64,000 bases of DNA, from assembly GCA_022822725.1 (NCBI GenBank), contig JAJEAN010000002.1, forward strand, positions 185,705 to 249,704, written 5' to 3'. The translations under genes were made by a program, and so were the position numbers. The stretch is from Candidatus Latescibacterota bacterium. GTDB lineage: Bacteria; JAAXHH01. Positions 1-7,873 of this stretch are shown here, in pieces (positions within the stretch are counted from its first letter, which is position 1; the number at the start of each line of letters is the position of its first letter). Below the pieces are notes generated by a model. The model did not search any database and had not been told where the DNA came from. It was given only the letters and a program-made list of their open reading frames with translations.

Positions 1-416
1 ATCTCGTTGCTCATGTGCTTGGTGATGAAGTAGTAGTCGGTGGAAGGCGCGTCAGGCGCGTCGACGGGGATATCGGTGTCGTGCACGTAGGCCAGGAGGG
101 TCTGGGCCGGGCCGGTGTGGATCACCTTCCTGATCCCGGCGTCGGCGGCCGCCTTCATCACGTTCCAGGCCCCGATGGTGTTGACCTGGAAGCTCAGCGT
201 GTCGTCGTGGCGCAGGACCGTGAAGTTCATGACCGCGTCCACGCCCTCCACGGCCTCGCGGACCTGGCCGTAGTCCCGCACGTCCACGTGGAGGACGGGC
301 TTTCCGTCCGGATGGTCCTTGATGTCGGCCAGCCGCAGGTCGTAGTCCTTCTCGAGCGCGGGGGTGATGTGCGGCGCGATGAGCCCGGACGCACCGAGCA
401 GCAGGACTTTCTTCAT
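1..416 (-). CDS. NAD-dependent epimerase/dehydratase (runs off the left edge)
   Basis: Manual translation MKKVLLLGASGLIAPHI...YYFITKHMSNE shows a Rossmann GxxGxxA and a YxxxK motif. Not in the ORF track. Confidence 0.85.
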   Translation of the reverse strand, partial: MKKVLLLGASGLIAPHITPALEKDYDLRLADIKDHPDGKPVLHVDVRDYGQVREAVEGVDAVMNFTVLRHDDTLSFQVNTIGAWNVMKAAADAGIRKVIHTGPAQTLLAYVHDTDIPVDAPDAPSTDYYFITKHMSNE

Positions 417-498
417 GGATGGCACCTCAATTCCGCCAGTTCGATTTCGCGGCGAGGTCCGTGGTTCGTGGCGATGCCGGGACTCATCATGTTTCTCC

Positions 499-1269
499 TC
501 AGTCCCGCCAGTTCGCGGCGAAGTTGTGGACCGGCGCGTAGCCGAGATTGCGGACCTGGTTAATGAGGTACTTGGGATTCTCCAGGTCGGCGCAGATATG
601 GTACATGGCATACCGGCTGGTCCACCAGACCTGGTCCGATGCGTCGCGCTCCAGGGCGAGGCGGAAGGCCTGGGCCGCGTCCCGGTAGTCCAGCCACAGC
701 AGGTCGGGCGCCTGGCCGGCCACTTCCTCTTCGCTGACGAGGGTGCCCAGCCGAAGTCCCGTGACCGTCACCATGTGATCCCTTGCGAATTCCCGCGCGG
801 TATGCTCGCCCAGGTAGCGGGACATCTCCGGCATGTCGGGCTCGGGCAGCGGCTTCCACAGTTCGCTGATGTACACGTCGTCCGGATAGGGCCGGAAGAG
901 GTCCAGGGTACCGCCGTAGACGAATCGCCTGACGCCCGCTTCCACACCGGCCTTGAAGAGCTGGTGGGTGCCGCGCGTGGCCAGTTCCAGGAGTTGCTTC
1001 TCGCGCTCCACCTCGGACGCCGGCAGGTCCTGCGGCGGCTCGCCCGTGTGGACGATGGCGTCCATGCCGCGGACCGCTCGCCAGGCGAAGTCCTGGTCCA
1101 GCAGGCTGCCCTGGGCGGCATCGCCGGGCGATTCGCCACGCGTTTCGGCCCCGGTCGCGGCCGGCGCCTCCACGGGCGATTCGTCCACGAGGCGGAGCCT
1201 GTGGTCCTTCAGGGCTTCGGCCACCGCCTGTCCCAGCCGGCTCGCGGCGCCGGTGATCAGGATGTTCAT
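499..1269 (-). CDS. NAD-dependent epimerase/dehydratase family protein
   Basis: MNILITGAASRLGQ Rossmann start, with AAGGAG RBS upstream of the ATG at 1269. Confidence 0.85.
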   Translation of the reverse strand: MNILITGAASRLGQAVAEALKDHRLRLVDESPVEAPAATGAETRGESPGDAAQGSLLDQDFAWRAVRGMDAIVHTGEPPQDLPASEVEREKQLLELATRGTHQLFKAGVEAGVRRFVYGGTLDLFRPYPDDVYISELWKPLPEPDMPEMSRYLGEHTAREFARDHMVTVTGLRLGTLVSEEEVAGQAPDLLWLDYRDAAQAFRLALERDASDQVWWTSRYAMYHICADLENPKYLINQVRNLGYAPVHNFAANWRD

Positions 1270-1392
1270 GGTTGCTCCTTTGTGATTCTTTTTTCTGCCG
1301 AGTTTTCCGAATTCGACTCCGACTAATCCATTATAGGGCCACGCGACCGGCAGGGTCACACGCCCGGTGGCGAACCAGGTGACGAAACCGTC

Positions 1393-2223
1393 TCAGGCCT
1401 GCGGGTCGTCAAAGGTCCACAGGTCCAGGGCCGTCCCACCCAGCACACGGGGCATGTCCTCCGGCGCGATGAACTTCATTTCGTCGCGGACGACCGTCAG
1501 GGTCTGGCCGTACGCGGCGTTGGCAAGGCAAACGGGCCAGTCGGTGCCCCACAGGATGCGGCTGCCCCCGAAGGCCTGGTAGACCGCCTTGACCATGGCG
1601 TGGGTATCCGACCAGGGATAGCCCTGATCCGAAATGGACCAGGTATGGCTGATCTTCACGTATACCCTGGGATACCGGGCCAGGTCGAGGACGGCCTGGA
1701 TTTCGTCCGGCCGGTCCGGCCGCGCGTCGGCCATGTGGTCCACGACGACGTCGAGATCGGGAAACCGTTCCAGCAGGCTGGCCAGGTCGGGCAACCGGCC
1801 GGGCCGCGTCAGCATGAGCAGCGGAACCTCGAGTTCCTCGGCACGCCGGAAGATCGGCGGCATCAGGGGACCGCGGAACCAGTCGCCCGCTGGTCCTTCG
1901 GCAGGGCTCAGCCGCACGCCCTGGAAACCGTGCTCCTCCACCCAGCGGGCGAGGTGGTCCGGCGCGGCAGGATCTTCGGGATTGACGCGGCAGACCCCGG
2001 CAAACCGGTCCGGATAGGTGCGCAGGACGTGAGCAACGTATGTATTGTCCCAACGGTAGCCGATGAACTGTACCAGGACGGTCTTTTCCACGCCGTGCCG
2101 GTCCATCAGGTCCAGAAGCATTTCGGCCGTCCGGTCCTCGGCGGGCGGGGCGTCGTTCTCCGCGGGCCAGGGGAAGGCGGGATCGTTAACCCAGACGTGG
2201 GTATGGGGGTCGATGATGCGCAT
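1393..2223 (-). CDS. Amidohydrolase_2 family (sugar-lactonase-like)
   Basis: IIDPHTHVW, VVVDHM and WGTDWP motifs. Confidence 0.9.
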   Translation of the reverse strand: MRIIDPHTHVWVNDPAFPWPAENDAPPAEDRTAEMLLDLMDRHGVEKTVLVQFIGYRWDNTYVAHVLRTYPDRFAGVCRVNPEDPAAPDHLARWVEEHGFQGVRLSPAEGPAGDWFRGPLMPPIFRRAEELEVPLLMLTRPGRLPDLASLLERFPDLDVVVDHMADARPDRPDEIQAVLDLARYPRVYVKISHTWSISDQGYPWSDTHAMVKAVYQAFGGSRILWGTDWPVCLANAAYGQTLTVVRDEMKFIAPEDMPRVLGGTALDLWTFDDPQA

Positions 2224-2312
2224 GGATCACATATCAGTGTATAGTTTAGAACGAATCGCTAATTTCGAGGCCTGAACAAATTAAATCAAGGAGAAAGTGA
2301 GGTGCATGCGCA

Positions 2313-2697
2313 ATGGCGAGACAGAACATGATACTGGGCCTGCAGGCGATCTCGGCGATCGGTATTTTCGCGCTTGGCCTGTTAACCTATTTCGGCCAGT
2401 CGAGCCGGGACCTTCGATTGGAGATGAGACGGGGATTCGAGTCACTCGGGGTGCAAATGAGGGAAGAAAACCGCACCTTCAGAACGGAGATGAAACGAGA
2501 ATTCGCCGCCTTCAGAGCAGAAATGCAAGCAGAATTCGCCGCCTTCAGAGCAGAAATGAAAGCAGACTTCGCCGCTTTCAGAATGGAATAAAGCTGAATT
2601 CGCCGATATCAGGAAGGAGCTGAGAAACGTCAACACACGCCTCTCACGCATTGAAGGACATCTCGGGATTCCGCCGGTACAAATCCCGGTTCCCTGA
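2313..2697 (+). pseudogene. Membrane-anchored coiled-coil protein with 11-aa repeats, frameshifted at about 2589
   Basis: N-terminal TM, then EFAAFRAEMxA repeats and TAA at 2589-2591. The shifted frame continues KAEFADIRKELRNVNTRLSRIEGHLGIPPVQIPVP* to 2697. Confidence 0.7.
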
Positions 2698-2717
2698 TTA
2701 CCGCTGGCCTATTGGAA

Positions 2718-2801
2718 TCAGCGCGTCCGTCAGGCTCAGCGCGTCCGCCAGGTTCAGCGCGTCCGCCAGGCTCAGCGCGTCCGTCAGGCTCAGCGCGTCC
2801 G
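2718..2801. repeat. 18-bp tandem array (about 4.7 units) copying the last codons and stop of the NHL gene
   Basis: tcagcgcgtccgYcaggY units start at 2718, 2736, 2754, 2772 and 2790. Confidence 0.95.
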
Positions 2802-3656
2802 TACGAACTTCTGCAAACGGGCGTCGGCCTGGACTTCGCCGACGTAGAGGTCGCCGCGGGAATCCATCCAGATGCCGTGGGGGCATCCGGCGAACTCTCC
2901 GGGCCGGTCGCTGCGCCGGCCGCCTCCCCAGCTGGAGACGAGGTCGCCGTCCAGGGTGTATATGCCCACCTGCTGGTCGAGTTCGGCCACGTAGACGATA
3001 TCCTCTTCCGGATCGAAGTAGGTGGTGTCGGGCTTGCCGGGAACTGCGCGTTCCTCGAGGTAGTTTCCTTCCAGGTCGAAAAGTTGGATGCGCTCGTTGG
3101 TGCGATCGCACGCCCAGATCCTGTCATAGCGGTCTATGCGGACGCAATGGCTGAGTTCGAACCGGCCCGGACCCGAGCCCCAGCTTCCCCAGGAGTGGAT
3201 GTGGCGGCCCTCGGCATCGTAACGGTGGATCCGGGCATTCTCGTAACCGTCGGACACGTAGATGTCACCATTCGGCGCGACGACGGCATCGGTGGGCTTC
3301 CGGAAGGGATCGCCGTCTTTCGCACCCGGAACGCCGGGCGTGCCGATCACCCTCACCTGGTTCCCGACACGGTCGAACTTGCGGACGCAGTGATCCAGCC
3401 AGTCGGTGAGGTACAGATTGTCCTCGCCGTCGATGTAGATACCGTGCGCATCCTTGAGTATGCCGTCTCCGATCGTCTTGATGAAACGGCCGTCACGGTC
3501 GAATACGACCAGGGGATGCTCGCTCCGCGAATACACGTACACCCGGTCCTGCGAATCGCAGGCCACGCCCGTAATCCAGCCGAAGGACCAACCCTCCGGC
3601 AGGCTGTACCAGTTCTCCTGCACCTCGTAGGTGTACGCGCCGCTGCCGAAACTCAT
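2790..3656 (-). CDS. NHL-repeat beta-propeller (peptidyl-alpha-hydroxyglycine lyase-like)
   Basis: Repeated blades such as HGIYID, IYVSDGYENARIH and PHGIWMDSRGDLYVGEV. Start could also be 3662. Confidence 0.9.
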   Translation of the reverse strand: MSFGSGAYTYEVQENWYSLPEGWSFGWITGVACDSQDRVYVYSRSEHPLVVFDRDGRFIKTIGDGILKDAHGIYIDGEDNLYLTDWLDHCVRKFDRVGNQVRVIGTPGVPGAKDGDPFRKPTDAVVAPNGDIYVSDGYENARIHRYDAEGRHIHSWGSWGSGPGRFELSHCVRIDRYDRIWACDRTNERIQLFDLEGNYLEERAVPGKPDTTYFDPEEDIVYVAELDQQVGIYTLDGDLVSSWGGGRRSDRPGEFAGCPHGIWMDSRGDLYVGEVQADARLQKFVRTR

Positions 3657-3761
3657 GTGCATGCCTCTTTCGGTTGTCTATTCGTATTAATATGGTTCGT
3701 ATTCAAACGATAATATGCAGTGATGGGAATTACCCGATCAAGACGCGTACGGCAACAATGC

Positions 3762-3800
3762 TCAATGCTGGCCTTGTTCAATGCTGGCCATGCTCATTGC
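3762..3800. repeat. 16-bp tandem array copying the stop region of the 3794-4006 gene
   Basis: tcaatgctggccttgt / tcaatgctggccatgc / tcattgc at 3762, 3778 and 3794. Confidence 0.8.
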
Positions 3801-4006
3801 GTGCCGCCCGGGCTCCGGTACGCCGCCTCGATGCCGGAATAGAGATGCACGATCCAGCCGTAACCCAACGTCCACAGCATGACCGCGCCGACGAAATGGA
3901 TGAGCGCCGCCGGACTGCGGCCCTGGTACAATTGCCCCAGTCCGGGGATGACCAGACTGAATATCATGGCGCCAAACCTGGTGCCAAAGGGCGTGCCTCA
4001 AAGCAT
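3794..4006 (-). CDS. Small membrane protein (SLxIPGLGQLYxG motif) with in-frame UGA at codon 3; candidate selenoprotein
   Basis: AGGAG-7nt-ATG CTT TGA GGC... translates as ML(U)GTPFGTRFGAMIFSLVIPGLGQLYQGRSPAALIHFVGAVMLWTLGYGWIVHLYSGIEAAYRSPGGTQ*. Confidence 0.7.
3967..3986 (-). promoter_or_regulatory. Putative bacterial SECIS hairpin
   Basis: TGGCACCA-GGTT-TGGCGCCA begins 11 nt after the UGA. The apical CAGGTTTG resembles CAGGTCTG of E. coli fdhF. Confidence 0.6.
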
Positions 4007-4062
4007 GATGCAACTCCTGGGTAGTTGCCACCCGGCCCGATGGTGCGGGTGCTCCGGGCTTC

Positions 4063-4956
4063 TCAGGGCGCCTGTGCAACCCTGTGGGCCTGCTTCGGAT
4101 TGCGGCGCTGTTCCTCGAGGGCCGCGACCCAGCTGTCCGCCCAGGCCTGGTGATCGGTCAGTACGCGCTCCGGGTTCGACCGGCTCCGCACGCAGAAGTC
4201 GGGAAAGAAGGGCCGGCCCGTCGGCGCGCCGTAGGCCACGTACCGCAGGTCCAGGCTCCACCGCACGTCCCATTCGGTCAGGTTCGGCGTGGACCGGTGG
4301 GGTGTATACTGGCTCAGGAAGACGACCCCGCCCTTGCGCACTTCGGCCGGTTCCGCCTCGGTCTCGGGCATGAGGTCCGGCTTGATGCGCGTCCCGGCGT
4401 CCGACACGTGGTCGAGATGGCCGGTGTGGATCACGTTCGGGATCACCTCCAGGCATCCCCGTTCCACCGTGGCGTCCACCAGGGGCAGCCAGCAGGTCAG
4501 CGCCAGGGTCCGGTCCGACTCCGCCCAACTCACCCCCGAGTCCTGGTGCCAGGGCACATTGTACGACGGGCTGGCGTCCAGCCGCGACGGCGGCTTGGCC
4601 CGGATGTGCTGGATGGGCGAGCAGGTGATTTCGGGCCCGACTAAGGACTCCACGGCGTCAAGCAGGTTGTCGTTCCGGAGGAAGTCGAAGACCGGTTTCG
4701 CCCGCAGGTCGTAGATGTCCATGCCGCTGCCGATCTCGGTACTCTGGTCGAATACCCGCGCGTAACGCGTCAGGAAGGGTTCGTCCTCGTACAGGTCGGT
4801 GATCTTGCCCTCGGCCTGAAGGTCCCGCGCCTTCCGGTCGACGAACTCGGTCATGGTGTCGATCACGGGATCCAGGTCCGCGTCGGTCAGCACGTCCTCG
4901 ACGACCACGAGTCCGTGGTCATGAAACTCCGCCAGTTGCGCTTCGGTGAGGGCCAT
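4063..4956 (-). CDS. Phytanoyl-CoA dioxygenase (PhyH) family Fe(II)/2OG oxygenase
   Basis: PWHQD and PHRSTPN motifs, RWSLDLRY; AGGAGG RBS. Confidence 0.92.
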   Translation of the reverse strand: MALTEAQLAEFHDHGLVVVEDVLTDADLDPVIDTMTEFVDRKARDLQAEGKITDLYEDEPFLTRYARVFDQSTEIGSGMDIYDLRAKPVFDFLRNDNLLDAVESLVGPEITCSPIQHIRAKPPSRLDASPSYNVPWHQDSGVSWAESDRTLALTCWLPLVDATVERGCLEVIPNVIHTGHLDHVSDAGTRIKPDLMPETEAEPAEVRKGGVVFLSQYTPHRSTPNLTEWDVRWSLDLRYVAYGAPTGRPFFPDFCVRSRSNPERVLTDHQAWADSWVAALEEQRRNPKQAHRVAQAP

Positions 4957-4975
4957 GGGGAATGCCTCCTGAACG

Positions 4976-5017
4976 GTCGATGGCCGGTGCGAATCTGTCG
5001 ATGGCCGGTGCGAATCT
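4976..5017. repeat. Perfect 21-bp direct duplication in the phyH 5' UTR
   Basis: gtcgatggccggtgcgaatct x2. Confidence 0.95.
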
Positions 5018-5029
5018 GTTGCTCACAAT

Positions 5030-5058
5030 AAGATACAAGTTAAACGGTGCATTGGCAA
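5030..5058 (-). promoter_or_regulatory. Sigma70-type promoter for phyH
   Basis: TTGCCA-17nt-TATCTT on the minus strand. Confidence 0.55.
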
Positions 5059-5114
5059 CACGGGAGGATCGGAAATAGCAGCTCCTGCCGGACCGGAACG
5101 ACGGGCAGGCGTAA

Positions 5115-5447
5115 TCAATCCTGGTGAAACACCTCTTCCATCTCCGCCCACCATTCGCCTTCCTTCCGCGTCGGCAGCGGCTCCTGCATCGGCATCATGA
5201 TGTCCCACCACTCCTGGGTCGTGGGATCGGCGGCCATCTTCGCCATGTCCGCCTTGAAGTCGTCGCCCACGTATTCGAAATAGGAAAAGAGGTAGCCGTC
5301 CTTCAGGTAGATGGAGTAGTTGGTGATGTTGCATTCCGTGATCATCTTGGCCACGCCCGGCCAGATCTCGACATGGTATTCCTTGTATTCCTCAATCCGG
5401 TCCGGCCGGACCTTGAGGACCATGCCGTAGCGTTGATGTGATGCCAT
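5115..5447 (-). CDS. rhaM: L-rhamnose mutarotase family
   Basis: EEYKEYHVEIWP, NYSIYL and MEEVFH motifs; AAGGAG RBS. Confidence 0.88.
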   Translation of the reverse strand: MASHQRYGMVLKVRPDRIEEYKEYHVEIWPGVAKMITECNITNYSIYLKDGYLFSYFEYVGDDFKADMAKMAADPTTQEWWDIMMPMQEPLPTRKEGEWWAEMEEVFHQD

Positions 5448-5507
5448 TTCAGGCTCCTTGTGATGGCTGATAGTAGGGTGGCGGCGCGTCATGCCCGCCG
5501 CGATTCC

Positions 5508-6494
5508 TCACGCCGGCGTCGGTGCGTCCTCGGGGATCAACGCTTCTTCCCGGAGTTCAGTCCAGAAATCCGCGGGAATCTCGACTTCAAACATCCGCAC
5601 GTTCTCGTCTACTTCCTCGGGCGACCGCGCGCCCGGAATGACGGCGGCCACCGCCGGATGGGCCAGGGGGAACTGCAGGGCCGCCGCTTTGAGGGGCGTG
5701 CCGTGGCGGTTGCAGACCGCTTCGACGCGCCGCACCTTGTCCACGATTTGCGCCGGCGCCTTGCGGTAGTCGAATCTGGCCCCGTCCACGGCGCCCTGCG
5801 CCAGGATGCCGCTGTTGTACGGTCCGCCTATGATGATACTGATGTTCCTTTCCTCGCACAGGGGCAGAAGCCGCTTGAGCGCCGTATGATCCACCAGAGT
5901 GTATCTACCAGCGCACAGAAAGCAGTCGAAATCGCCTTCGGTGGCGAAACGGGCAAGCATCTTCGCCTGGTTCATGCCGACCCCGACCGCGCGGATGACC
6001 CCTTCGTCGCGGAGCCGAACGAGTGCCCGATAGCTGCCCTTCATCGCTTCTTCGTAGTGATTGTCCGGATCGTGAATATGGAGGATTTCGACCCGGTCGA
6101 GTCCGAGGCGGGAGAGGCTTTCCTCCAGGGAGCGCAGCGTGCCGTCGTAACTGTAGTCGAAGACGGGACCGACGGGCGGAAGATCGTCGGACCAGACGTC
6201 CTGGTCGCGCTCCGGGTCGCGCACGAGGAGGCGGCCCACCTTGGTGGCGAGGACAAAGGATCGGCGGTCGCGGCTTGAAAGCACCGCCCCCAGGCGGGTC
6301 TCGCTCACGCCGCTGCCGTAGAGCGGCGCCGTATCGAAGAACCCCAGGCCGTGGTCGAGGTAGGTATCTACGACCCGGGCGGCGGCATCATCGGTAACGC
6401 CCTGGTACAGGCCGGCCAGGGGCGCACCGCCGAGTCCCAGGCGGTTGACCTTGAGCCCCGTGCGGCCGATCTCCGCCCGGTCATCCCTCTTCAT
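5508..6494 (-). CDS. Aldo/keto reductase (D-threo-aldose/L-fucose dehydrogenase-like)
   Basis: FFDTAPLYGSGVSE, ATKVGRLL, FDYSYDG and IHDPD motifs. Confidence 0.9.
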   Translation of the reverse strand: MKRDDRAEIGRTGLKVNRLGLGGAPLAGLYQGVTDDAAARVVDTYLDHGLGFFDTAPLYGSGVSETRLGAVLSSRDRRSFVLATKVGRLLVRDPERDQDVWSDDLPPVGPVFDYSYDGTLRSLEESLSRLGLDRVEILHIHDPDNHYEEAMKGSYRALVRLRDEGVIRAVGVGMNQAKMLARFATEGDFDCFLCAGRYTLVDHTALKRLLPLCEERNISIIIGGPYNSGILAQGAVDGARFDYRKAPAQIVDKVRRVEAVCNRHGTPLKAAALQFPLAHPAVAAVIPGARSPEEVDENVRMFEVEIPADFWTELREEALIPEDAPTPA

Positions 6495-7569
6495 CTGTTT
6501 CGCCCTGCGTCTCGCCCTGCATGGACTCCCCGCGCAGGAGGAAGGCCCGGATATCGTAGCGGCCGGGGCGCTCCACGGGCAGGTCGCCCGCCTCGATCAT
6601 CTCCTCGATGGGCGAACTGTGGGTGCGCACGGGCATCTGGACGACCTCGTGCAGGCGGGCGGACTCGTAGATACCCATGATGATCTCCACGGCGGCCCGG
6701 CCGTTGGACGCCTCGCCCCGGTGTTCGGACTTGCCCTCGATCCAGTCCGCCAGTTCCACGGCCTGGCCCACGCTCGGGTCCTCGCCGGTGGACGGCCGCT
6801 CTTCCCAGCCGCCGGTCTTCGAGTTGATGAGCAGGACGCGCTGTTCGTTCACGTCCATCATGCCGTCCGTGCCGTAGAGGTACCCGCCCTGCCGCCGTTC
6901 AGGGTGCATCTCCTGCAGGAGCTGCCCCACGGCGCCGTTGTCGAAGCCCACGATGCCCGCGCTGCGGTCCTCGATCCGGATGTCGCGCTCGTACCGGTCC
7001 GTCTTGCGTTCGATGTTGCCGAGTACCCATTCGGGCGCGGGATCGCTCATGACGTAGCGCATGAAATCGAACATGTGGGAGCAGTCGTTGAGCAGGCCCT
7101 GGCTGCCGCTGCAGTGGACGTGCCGCACGTCGCCGATGGCGCCTTCGGCGATGAGGTTCCGGGCGTCGGTCCACACCGGGTTGAACCGGCGCTGGTGGGC
7201 GATGGCCAGCTTGACGTCGTTCCGGCGGGCCGCGATCATCATCTCGTCGCATTCGCCCATATTGACGGCCATGGGTTTCTCGCAGAGAATCGCCTTGGGC
7301 CGGCGCGCGCAGGCGGCGATGGTCAGGGGGGCGTGGAGCTTGTGCCAGGTACAGATGCTGACGACGTCCAGCCCCTCCTCGTCCATCATCTCACGGGCGT
7401 CGGCGTAACGTTTACCTATATCGTACCGGTCGCCGAAATCCTGCCTGGCCTCCGCAACCGGGTCCGAAAGCGCGACGACCTCGAACCGCTCTTCTCCCAG
7501 GTATCCCTTCATGTGCAGGTGCGAGATGCTGCCGCACCCGATTATGCCGACACGATAGACCGTGGACAT
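6481..7569 (-). CDS. Gfo/Idh/MocA oxidoreductase
   Basis: VGIIGCGSIS and CEKPMA motifs. Confidence 0.92.
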   Translation of the reverse strand: MSTVYRVGIIGCGSISHLHMKGYLGEERFEVVALSDPVAEARQDFGDRYDIGKRYADAREMMDEEGLDVVSICTWHKLHAPLTIAACARRPKAILCEKPMAVNMGECDEMMIAARRNDVKLAIAHQRRFNPVWTDARNLIAEGAIGDVRHVHCSGSQGLLNDCSHMFDFMRYVMSDPAPEWVLGNIERKTDRYERDIRIEDRSAGIVGFDNGAVGQLLQEMHPERRQGGYLYGTDGMMDVNEQRVLLINSKTGGWEERPSTGEDPSVGQAVELADWIEGKSEHRGEASNGRAAVEIIMGIYESARLHEVVQMPVRTHSSPIEEMIEAGDLPVERPGRYDIRAFLLRGESMQGETQGETDEEG

Positions 7570-7597
7570 CTAAGACTCCTTCCAGGTCGGATTTTGA

Positions 7598-7708
7598 GTG
7601 TATACGTGTTGCGACGATGCGTGTATACGCGTTACCAGGATGTGTGTATACGCGTTGCGACGATACGGCGACGCGGTGTGACGATATGGCGACGCGCTGT
7701 GAAAATGC
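7598..7708. repeat. Degenerate 21-23-bp tandem array (5 units) in the 5' UTR
   Basis: Three degenerate gtgtatacgYgtt... units followed by ggcgacgcgStgtga x2. Confidence 0.8.
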
Positions 7709-7757
7709 CCGGCGACCGGCAACGTCGGACCTTAAGACGGCCTAAATCGAATATCGG

Positions 7758-7786
7758 AATATAGACGGCGGCATGGGCCGTGTCAA
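7758..7786 (-). promoter_or_regulatory. Sigma70 promoter for the Gfo-AKR-rhaM operon
   Basis: TTGACA-17nt-TATATT on the minus strand. Confidence 0.7.
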
Positions 7787-7835
7787 CGATCCCGAAGACC
7801 GCGCCGCGCACCGCATATCAACCCGGCGACATGAC

Positions 7836-7865
7836 TTGACACGGAACCAGGAAATAGCATAAGAT
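7836..7865 (+). promoter_or_regulatory. Sigma70-like promoter for the DUF2339 gene (near-leaderless mRNA)
   Basis: TTGACA-18nt-TAAGAT; the ATG is 8 nt downstream with no RBS. Confidence 0.45.
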
Positions 7866-7873
7866 TCAGTACG

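Noticed and set aside
3762-4079. 105-aa ORF-track call covering the selenoprotein candidate
   Set aside because: It is in a different frame with low-complexity content. The 3794-4006 frame has the RBS and a membrane-protein motif.
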